From: an uncultured bacterium
GTDB lineage: Bacteria; Krumholzibacteriota; Krumholzibacteriia; LZORAL124-64-63
Length of the DNA stretch: 64,000 bases
Assembly (NCBI GenBank): GCA_963732385.1
Contig: CAVSZB010000007.1
Span: 992,001-1,056,000 of the forward strand
Reading direction: 5' to 3'
Shown here: positions 57,074-64,000 of the stretch, piece by piece
How positions within the stretch are numbered: position 1 is the stretch's first letter
Layout: each line of letters begins with the position of its first letter
Position numbers and translations under genes: made by a program
Notes under the pieces: model-generated
Seen by the model: the letters and a program-made list of their open reading frames with translations, nothing else
The model's database searches: none
Told to the model about the DNA's origin: nothing

Positions 57074-60000
57074 CCTCCCCCACCTCCTCGCCGCCGGTAC
57101 CGGCGCGGTCAAAACCCTGTGCCGCGCGCGGCAGGGTCACCGCCACCACCGCGCCGCCGCTATCGGCCCGATTGGAGAGCGCGATGCGTCCCCCCATGCG
57201 GTCGAGCAGGCTGCGGCAGATCGCCAGGCCGAGTCCGGTGCCCTGGCTCTTGGTGGAGAAATACAGTTCGAACAGGCGGTCGGCCATGTCCGGCGGAACG
57301 CCGGGCCCGTTGTCCTCCCAGAGCAGCGTCACTTCGCGCTCCCCGATCTCCCACCGGACCCGCAACTCCAGGCGGGATGGCTCCCCCACCGCCTGCAGAG
57401 AGTTCTCCATCAGGTTGCCCAGCACCTTCCCGATCGCCTCGGCATCGGCCAGCACCGGCGGCACGGCATCGGGATCGATCGTGACCCGCGGACCGACGCC
57501 CACTACTCCACCGGCGCGGTAGCGCGCCGTCACCTGTCGCGCGGCGTCCGGCAGGTCCAGTGGCGCCACCGGCAGCGCGCCCGGCTTGCCGAGCAGGCTG
57601 AACTCGATGGCGATAGCGCGCAACAGCGCCACCTGTTCCAGCACCTGGCGCACCGTGTCGCGCACGATCCCGTCCAGCTCCGGAGCACGGTCGCGGTAGG
57701 CCTGCTCCAGGAACTGGACCGAAAGCTGGATCGGCGTGAGCGGATTCTTGATCTCGTGCGCCACCTGTTGCGCCAGTTCGGAATTCAGCGCCAGCCGCTT
57801 GTTGTCGAGAAACTCCGTCACATCCTCGCAGACAAGCAGCGTGTCCGAGCGTCCGTCCGGCAGACGCAGGGGGGCGACCCGGCCGCGCACGATGCGCCGG
57901 CCATCGGCCGCGCGCAGTTCAGCCTCCCCCTGCGGCACGTCACCCAGTCGGGCGCGCAGGCCGGCCAGCAGCGCCCGCACCCGCCCCTCGCGGCCCGCAC
58001 CGGCGCCGCCCGCGAAGGCGTCCGCGATCGCAACGGCGGCCGGATTGAGCGCCGTCACGCCGCCGTCGGCGCCAAACACCGCCACGCCGACCGGCACGTG
58101 CTCCAGAATCGTGGCGAGGAAGCGCTCCCGCTCGGCCACCGTCCGCTGCGCCTGGGCCAGATCGTCGCGCATGCTGCGGTAGGCCGCGCTCAACAGGCCG
58201 ATCTCGTCGCCGCCGCTCTCTGGCAGCGGCGCCGCGAAGTCCCCTGTCGCGAGACTGCGCGTGGCGGTGACCAGCACGCGCACCGGGCCGAAGATCTTCC
58301 AGGCGAGCGCCAGCGCCAGGGCCGCGGCCGCCAGGAAGATGAGCGCCGCCAGGCCAACCAGGAAAAGCGCCATCCGCTCCCGCTGCCCTGCGAGGTCGCG
58401 CTCCCGGGCCGGGAACGTCACCGACAGGGCGGCCGGCACGGGACGGCGCCGCAGGCCCGGCGCGCCGGAATCGACCGCGAGGGCCGGCAGCGCCACAGTC
58501 GCCGTGTAGGAGAGCCACGTGCCAGGCGCCGCGGCCAGCGCGGGGCTGCCGGGGTAGAGCGCGATCTGGCGCGCCGTGACGGGCGGCAGGAGCGCCGGAA
58601 CCGCCCCCGCGAACAGCCGCTCGGGGTGGCTGGCGAGCACCGTCGCACCGCCCGCGCTCAACGCCACCTCCCCCTGGATGATCTCGGCCAGGCCGTTCAT
58701 CAGACCGGAATCGACCCGTTGCCGGTAGAAGAAGAAGCCGTCACGGCGTTCGTCGGCAAGGCTGTCGGCCGGCGCAGCACGGCCGGACGACGGCGCGAAT
58801 CCGGACAGATCGACCGGCACGACGAGTCCCAGGTACAGGACATCGCCCGACTCCATGAGGATGAGCGGCGCCGCGCGCGCTGCCGCCAGGAACCGCCGCG
58901 CCTCTTCCGCGTCGAGATCGCTGAGGGTCTCGTCAAGCAGCAGTTCGCCATCGCCCGTGAATACCATCGCCTGGCGCACCGAGAACGGCCCGAGCGGGCG
59001 CTGTCCGGCCAGCCGGCTCGCCAGCAGGTCGGCGATGTACTCGCTGCCGGCCAGGGCCCGCGCCTGTTCGCTCAGCAGGCCCTGCAACTGCGCGACGGCC
59101 GCCTCGATCCCGTCGCGGGTCTGCTCGCGTGCGCCCGCCGCCAGTCCCTGCACGGTGAGACGATCCATGAACAGTCCGGCCAGCAGCAGCGGCAGCAGGC
59201 CGAGCACCAGCACCGCCGCGAGGAACCGCTGCTGGAAACCGAGCGACGGCCGGGGCCGGCGCGCCAGCCGCAGCGGCAGCAGCGGCGCAACCAGGCACGC
59301 GGCGAGCAGCAGATCGAGCAGGACCAGGCGGGAGGCGTCGAGCAGGCGATCCGCCAGACGCGGTCGTTCGAGTCCGAGCAGGAACCCCTCGCCGGGCGAG
59401 CCGGCGGCCGGCTCCGGCAGGCGTTTCCAGAGACAGCGGTACGCCAATCCGCCCGCGCGCACCGTGGCCCAGCGCGCGCGGCCGGCCTTGAGCACGCCGG
59501 TGACAGCGGTCTCGTCCGCGTCGGGAAAGAGGCCGGGGCCCGCGTCGAGCCAGCCGCGATCGTCTCCGCGCAGGAGCAGAATCGCGCGGTCCACCTCGGC
59601 TCGCGGCACGTAGCCGGACGCCCCCGCCGGCGACGGCGTCCCCTCCAGACGGGCCAGCAGCGTGCGGATGCGCCGCGACTGCACCGGCAACTCGATCCTG
59701 ATCCAGCCGCCCCCGCCGGCCCTGGGCACCTCTCCGCGCAGGATCCACTCCTCGCCGGAAGGATAGCGGCGCCGCTCCGTCTGCGTGCGCAGCCCGGCCG
59801 GGATCAGGCCGCCCTCCTCCGGCGAGACCACGGTCAGCCACACCCCACGCTCGCCGACTTCGTAACGGAAGTCGCGGAAGAAGCCGGAGGCGAACAGACT
59901 TTCCCGCTCCCCGTACGGGTCGATCAGTTCCACCAGGCAGGGCAGGCCGAGATCGCCAAGATCCGACCTCCGCCACAGTTCGTAAGCGGACCAGTCGCGC

Positions 60001-61955
60001 CAGACACCGGTGGGGGGCGGCGCGCCGCTCCCGGTCAAAGCGCTGACGCCCGGCTCGGCGCTGGCCATGCCAGACAGAGCGTCCCCCAGCAGGAACCGCG
60101 TCCACTCCTGCTGCGGGAGAACGATTTCGTCCCCCTTGCGTTCGAGCCAGGCCACTTCCGCACGCCCGTAGGCTCCGGCAAGCGCGGCGTAGTTCCAGAC
60201 CACGATCACCACCGCCGCGGCGAGCAACGTCAGCCGCTGCGACGCAGTGTACGACACCCCGGCCGCTGCGAGCGCGGGACCGCGCGCGCGGCCGGTCACC
60301 CAGATGAGCAGCACCAGCAGCGGCAGGAGCGCACGCGTCACCAATTCCAGACCGGGAAACCCGACCCCCACGGCCACCGCGGACAGCAGGACGGCGACCA
60401 GATCGGTGCGGCGACCACCCGCGCGGGCCAGACGTCGCGCACCGGCGTGCAGCAGAGTCAACAACGTCCCGGCGCCGAGCAGGAGCACCAGGTGCAACGC
60501 CCAGAAACTCAGCGACCGGTACGGGGCCTTCAATCCGATGAGCCGGGGATTGGCGTTTTCCGCCACGGTGAAGACGAACGCCCGCAGCAGCAGCAGACCG
60601 CCCGCAGCCAGCAGGCCCCAAACCACGGCGCGCCACAAGACGGCCGGTCGGGGCGCCCCCGTCGCGGCGTCGTCCGCCGGACCGCCACTCGCCAAACGCC
60701 GCGCGATCAGCACCGCCACGCCCGCCGCCAGCAGCACGGTGAGCACCGCGTCCGCCGACGACGCCAGGCCGCCGCCCAGCGTCGGGGTGGCGAAGTAGGC
60801 GGGGTCGAGCAGGCTGGACGGATCACCGGGCAACGCCGGCAGCTCTCCCCCGGGAAAGGCCGGTTGCACCCAGCGCACCGCGTCTGCCCGCGCCAGCAGC
60901 AGGCGCGCCCCTACCGCCCCGGTCAGCGCCAGCACAACGCCTCCCCGGGCCGCGCCCCAGGCGACGAACCCCACCGCCAGAATCAGCAGCCAGAGCAACA
61001 GCCGACGCGCAGCGGTCTGGTGGGTCTGGACGGCGAGGGACGGCGCGACCAGCGTCAGCCGCAGCCAGAGGGCGCGGCCCGCCTCGTCGGGATCCGGCAG
61101 CGGCAGATCCACGCCGGCGTACAGGCCGTTGGCGGCGTCATCGGCGACGAACGGCTGCTCGCCCGCGGGCGAATCGACGACGCGCGCCAGCCCGCCGGCC
61201 TGCGCCGCGATCTCCCGACCACCGGCCGGGTCGCGCCCGTCACCGGCGACCGTTGCCGGCGCCAAACGCACCTGCATCTCCAGCACCGAGGAACCGCCGC
61301 CCGGCGTCACCGCGATCCGCCGGAAGCGGCGCCAGGTCCAGGCGTCGCGGTCCCGCTCGATGACCCCCGCCGCGCCTTCGGTCGCGGCCCGCGCCAGCGC
61401 CGGCATCGCCGCCAGCGGGGCCGCGCCGGCGTCCCAGGCAACCCGCTCCCCGTCGCGCCAGAGCGCGAGGCCAAGCGGGAAGCGAGCCGCCGCGCTGCCC
61501 CGGCGCGTCCAGCCCGCCGCCAGACGCTGCAGGACCGTGAAGGGATCGGCCGCCGCCACCTCGCGCACGGAAGCCGCGCTCGCCAGGGCGTCGAACGCGG
61601 CGGTCAGTTCCGTAAGTGTGGGAGCCAGCGTGCTGGCGCGCGCCGCGAGGGCTGCGCGATCGTGCCGGGCCCGCACGTCGGGTGGTTCCTGGCGCACCAA
61701 AGGGAGAGCGGCCACGGCCAGGGCGGCGAATTGCGCGAGTAGCAGCAGACCCAGCGCAGCGCGCCGACGTCCCGTAACAACCGGCCACCACAGCCAGACT
61801 CCGCCAAGGACGAACAACGTGGCGGCGAACAGCAGGGCCGGCGGATCGAGGCGCGGCAGATGACCACCGGCCACTGCAAGCGCCACCGGCAGGGCCTGCA
61901 GGAGCAGACCGGCCACCGCGAGGCTGGCCCCGAGCCGCGCACGTCCGGGATTCAT
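57057..61955 (-). CDS. Very large multi-TM NtrY-like sensor histidine kinase (HAMP-PAS-HisKA-HATPase)
   Basis: AQQVAHEIKNPLTPIQLS (NtrY-type H-box), HAMP GDEIGLL, NLMENS, DNGPG, YFSTK, GTGLGL; many TM helices in the N-terminal ~1200 aa. Confidence 0.9.
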   Translation of the reverse strand: MNPGRARLGASLAVAGLLLQALPVALAVAGGHLPRLDPPALLFAATLFVLGGVWLWWPVVTGRRRAALGLLLLAQFAALAVAALPLVRQEPPDVRARHDRAALAARASTLAPTLTELTAAFDALASAASVREVAAADPFTVLQRLAAGWTRRGSAAARFPLGLALWRDGERVAWDAGAAPLAAMPALARAATEGAAGVIERDRDAWTWRRFRRIAVTPGGGSSVLEMQVRLAPATVAGDGRDPAGGREIAAQAGGLARVVDSPAGEQPFVADDAANGLYAGVDLPLPDPDEAGRALWLRLTLVAPSLAVQTHQTAARRLLLWLLILAVGFVAWGAARGGVVLALTGAVGARLLLARADAVRWVQPAFPGGELPALPGDPSSLLDPAYFATPTLGGGLASSADAVLTVLLAAGVAVLIARRLASGGPADDAATGAPRPAVLWRAVVWGLLAAGGLLLLRAFVFTVAENANPRLIGLKAPYRSLSFWALHLVLLLGAGTLLTLLHAGARRLARAGGRRTDLVAVLLSAVAVGVGFPGLELVTRALLPLLVLLIWVTGRARGPALAAAGVSYTASQRLTLLAAAVVIVVWNYAALAGAYGRAEVAWLERKGDEIVLPQQEWTRFLLGDALSGMASAEPGVSALTGSGAPPPTGVWRDWSAYELWRRSDLGDLGLPCLVELIDPYGERESLFASGFFRDFRYEVGERGVWLTVVSPEEGGLIPAGLRTQTERRRYPSGEEWILRGEVPRAGGGGWIRIELPVQSRRIRTLLARLEGTPSPAGASGYVPRAEVDRAILLLRGDDRGWLDAGPGLFPDADETAVTGVLKAGRARWATVRAGGLAYRCLWKRLPEPAAGSPGEGFLLGLERPRLADRLLDASRLVLLDLLLAACLVAPLLPLRLARRPRPSLGFQQRFLAAVLVLGLLPLLLAGLFMDRLTVQGLAAGAREQTRDGIEAAVAQLQGLLSEQARALAGSEYIADLLASRLAGQRPLGPFSVRQAMVFTGDGELLLDETLSDLDAEEARRFLAAARAAPLILMESGDVLYLGLVVPVDLSGFAPSSGRAAPADSLADERRDGFFFYRQRVDSGLMNGLAEIIQGEVALSAGGATVLASHPERLFAGAVPALLPPVTARQIALYPGSPALAAAPGTWLSYTATVALPALAVDSGAPGLRRRPVPAALSVTFPARERDLAGQRERMALFLVGLAALIFLAAAALALALAWKIFGPVRVLVTATRSLATGDFAAPLPESGGDEIGLLSAAYRSMRDDLAQAQRTVAERERFLATILEHVPVGVAVFGADGGVTALNPAAVAIADAFAGGAGAGREGRVRALLAGLRARLGDVPQGEAELRAADGRRIVRGRVAPLRLPDGRSDTLLVCEDVTEFLDNKRLALNSELAQQVAHEIKNPLTPIQLSVQFLEQAYRDRAPELDGIVRDTVRQVLEQVALLRAIAIEFSLLGKPGALPVAPLDLPDAARQVTARYRAGGVVGVGPRVTIDPDAVPPVLADAEAIGKVLGNLMENSLQAVGEPSRLELRVRWEIGEREVTLLWEDNGPGVPPDMADRLFELYFSTKSQGTGLGLAICRSLLDRMGGRIALSNRADSGGAVVAVTLPRAAQGFDRAGTGGEEVGEDEHRP

Positions 61956-61986
61956 CGGATGGCGGCCTCCCGCGTCACGCAGGGAC

Positions 61987-62457
61987 TCAACGGATGGCGC
62001 GGACGCCGGTCAGCCCCCATCCCGCCTCCCCGCGCGCCAGCGTGATGATCAACCGCTCTGGCGCCGCCCCGCTCTCGCCCGACCGCCGGCGGGTCCAGTC
62101 CGCCACCGCGTGCACGAGACCGGTCTCCAGTTCCTCGTTCAGCAGGCTGTAACGGAAAGAGACCGTCTCGGTGGACTGGAAGAGGTTCTTGAAAAAATAG
62201 AAGGCCTGACTCGCGCTGTAGTGGTTGCGCGCCCCCCCCTGCCCAAAGGCAATGTCCACACCGTCGGGTGCGACCCGCGCCGCCAGCGCCCCGTGATCCT
62301 CCGCTTCCCAGACCCGAGCGAGCGCGTCCAGCACCGGCCGCGCCGGTGGCGGTTCCTCGCGGACCGTTCCGGCCCCTGCCAGCCGACTCACCGCGAAAAC
62401 CACCAGCAAGGCCGGCAAAAGACCGTTTCGGCAGGACCGGAGAACAGCGGAATTCAC
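61987..62457 (-). CDS. Small exported protein, DUF4783/NTF2-like
   Basis: Signal-like N-terminus; HYSASQAFYFFKNLF; GTG start after GGGAGAAGG. Confidence 0.65.
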   Translation of the reverse strand: MNSAVLRSCRNGLLPALLVVFAVSRLAGAGTVREEPPPARPVLDALARVWEAEDHGALAARVAPDGVDIAFGQGGARNHYSASQAFYFFKNLFQSTETVSFRYSLLNEELETGLVHAVADWTRRRSGESGAAPERLIITLARGEAGWGLTGVRAIR

Positions 62458-62508
62458 GAACCTTCTCCCCTCGGATCCCGGAACACGCTGAAGCGCCGGG
62501 GTCCAACC

Positions 62509-62523
62509 GCAAGGGGCATGCCA
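62509..62523 (-). promoter_or_regulatory. Putative sigma54 -24/-12 promoter TGGCATGCCCCTTGC
   Basis: Fits TGGCAYG-N4-TTGC; intergenic and correctly oriented, about 50 nt upstream of the DUF4783-like gene. Confidence 0.7.
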
Positions 62524-62581
62524 AGCCGGCGACTTCCCGCTCTCCCCTATTGTACAGCAGGGCGACCGGTCCGGAAAGACA

Positions 62582-62616
62582 GCGGGGCGGCCCGTGGCAA
62601 AAAAGGGCCGCCCCGC
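62582..62616 (-). terminator. Hairpin downstream of secF
   Basis: 12-bp inverted repeat GCGGGGCGGCCC/GGGCCGCCCCGC. The T6 tract falls in the loop, so it is not a canonical intrinsic terminator. Confidence 0.45.
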
Positions 62617-62641
62617 GCTCCCGAGTGGACGTCGGCGCCGC

Positions 62642-63571
62642 CTACATGGTCGGCTGCGCGCGCCGCTTGTCGCCCGCGACCTGCCGCTCATGCCACAGGA
62701 GCAGGAGCGGGGCGGCGATGAAGACCGAGGAGAAGGTCCCGGTCAGCACGCCGAAGCTGAGACAGAACGCAAAATCGTGGATGACCGGCCCGCCGAAGAA
62801 GTAGAGGACTAGCGACGTGAGCAGAGTCGTGCCGGCCGTCAGCACTGTGCGGCTGAGCGTCTCGTTGACCGAGCGGTTCAGCACCTCGATGTACCCCTCG
62901 CGCCGACGCAGCTTCATGTTCTCACGGATACGGTCGAAGACGACGATCGTGTCGTTGAGCGAGTAGCCCAGGATCGTGAGGAACGCCGCCACGATCTGCA
63001 GCGAGATCTCCTTGTTGAGCAGGGAGAACAGGCCGAAGGTGATGATCAGGTCATGCATGGTGGCCAGCAGGGCCGCCACGCCGAAGCGGAAGATGAACCG
63101 GAACGTCAGATAGACGACGACCAGCACGCACGAGGCGAGCACGGAGTTGATGGCCGAGGTCTTGAGCTCGCCGCCGATCTTCGGGCCGACCCGCTCCTCC
63201 CGGCGCAGTTCCACCTTGGCGTTGGGCAGCGCGGAATCGAGCGCGGCGCGCATTTTCTCCGCCCCGCTCAGGGTGCCCGACTCCACCCCCTCGAGGGTGA
63301 TCAGGAACTCGTCGGCCGCCCCGAAGTCCTGCACCTGGGCGCGCGGGAAACCAGCCTGGCCGAGCGCCCGCCGCACTTCGCCAATGCCGGGCGAGGGGGC
63401 GATGCGCACCTGCAGAACCGAGCCGCCGGTGAAGTCGATGCTCCAGCGCGGCCCCCCCTTGGCGACCAGCGACACGAGACCGGCCAGAATGATCAGGCCG
63501 GAAATCAGGTAGGCGATCTTCCGCTTGCCCAGGATGTTGAACCGGGTATCGGGTGGGAAAAACTGGATCAT
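62642..63571 (-). CDS. secF: Protein translocase subunit SecF
   Basis: SIDFTGG, VGPKIG, HD, GYSLNDTIVVFDRIREN, TLSRT, GTFSSVFIA. Confidence 0.97.
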   Translation of the reverse strand: MIQFFPPDTRFNILGKRKIAYLISGLIILAGLVSLVAKGGPRWSIDFTGGSVLQVRIAPSPGIGEVRRALGQAGFPRAQVQDFGAADEFLITLEGVESGTLSGAEKMRAALDSALPNAKVELRREERVGPKIGGELKTSAINSVLASCVLVVVYLTFRFIFRFGVAALLATMHDLIITFGLFSLLNKEISLQIVAAFLTILGYSLNDTIVVFDRIRENMKLRRREGYIEVLNRSVNETLSRTVLTAGTTLLTSLVLYFFGGPVIHDFAFCLSFGVLTGTFSSVFIAAPLLLLWHERQVAGDKRRAQPTM

Positions 63572-63613
63572 CTCGTCCCGACCTTTCCTGGCGCCCGCCG
63601 GGCGCCGGCGGCG

Positions 63614-64000
63614 TCAGATACTCAGCGACGTGCGCCGCGGATCGCGCGCGATGGCTTCCAGGATGAAGCGGTTGGCGACCAGCGCCACGAACACCGTCGT
63701 CACGATACCGATGGTCAGCGTCACGGCGAATCCCTTGATCGCGCCGGTTCCGAACCAGAGCAGGATCACCGAGGTAATGACCGTGGTGACGTTCGCGTCG
63801 ATGATCGTCCGCGTGGCGTTTCCGAAGCCGGCGTCGATCGCGGCGCGCACGGTCTTCTTCTTGCGCAGTTCCTCGCGGATCCGCTCGTTGATCAGCACGT
63901 TCGCGTCCACCGCCATGCCGACCGTGAGCACGATGCCCGCGATGCCGGGCAGCGTCAGCACCAGACCGAACTGAGCCAGCACCGCCATCATGATCAGCAG
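63614..64000 (-). CDS. secD: Protein translocase subunit SecD (3' part only)
   Basis: [48 protein letters not shown]. Confidence 0.96.
   Translation of the reverse strand: MLIMMAVLAQFGLVLTLPGIAGIVLTVGMAVDANVLINERIREELRKKKTVRAAIDAGFGNATRTIIDANVTTVITSVILLWFGTGAIKGFAVTLTIGIVTTVFVALVANRFILEAIARDPRRTSLSI

Noticed and set aside
57066..61742. Very long antisense ORFs (1558 aa here; also 40734-43841, 11662-14517, 27421-29928 and others)
   Set aside because: They mirror well-supported genes on the opposite strand, are Arg/Ala/Gly-rich and lack motifs; expected shadow ORFs in high-GC DNA.
1..64000. rRNA, tRNA, CRISPR array, transposase, integrase or prophage genes
   Set aside because: None recognised; intergenic gaps are short (about 300 nt or less) and show no repeat-spacer or cloverleaf pattern by eye.

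Overview
Gene-dense, very GC-rich (roughly 70% by eye) bacterial chromosomal segment. I saw no rRNA, tRNA, CRISPR array or mobile element. A FlgD-Ig-like C-terminal domain, DUF4159/DUF4175/DUF4783-like genes and the FCB-type 'asparagine synthetase B' family suggest an FCB-superphylum lineage (inference only). Contents in order: (1) a partial 2-oxoacid:ferredoxin oxidoreductase gene missed by the ORF track; (2) a GT4/VanZ-repeat/amidohydrolase operon; (3) a glycogen operon (GH57, GalT-like, glgA, histidine kinase, receiver, glgC); (4) M1, M14 and S8 peptidases and a PLP trans-sulfuration enzyme; (5) an ECF sigma paired with a membrane vWA protein; (6) porGDAB, aroB and priA; (7) a signalling cassette of REC-GGDEF, two histidine kinase-GAF-HD-GYP fusions and two stand-alone receivers; (8) tsaD, nnr and a HAD hydrolase; (9) a six-gene envelope operon (DUF4783-like, 1632-aa NtrY-like kinase, DUF4159, DUF4175-like, TPR, GATase-like); (10) secF and partial secD. 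The most notable signals are correctly spaced sigma54 motifs (TGGCATG-N4-TTGC) upstream of both the signalling cassette and the envelope operon, and sigma28-like motifs upstream of two signalling genes. Two genes are split by -1 frameshifts at G runs, probably assembly errors. All family assignments come from motif recognition by eye; no database search was run.
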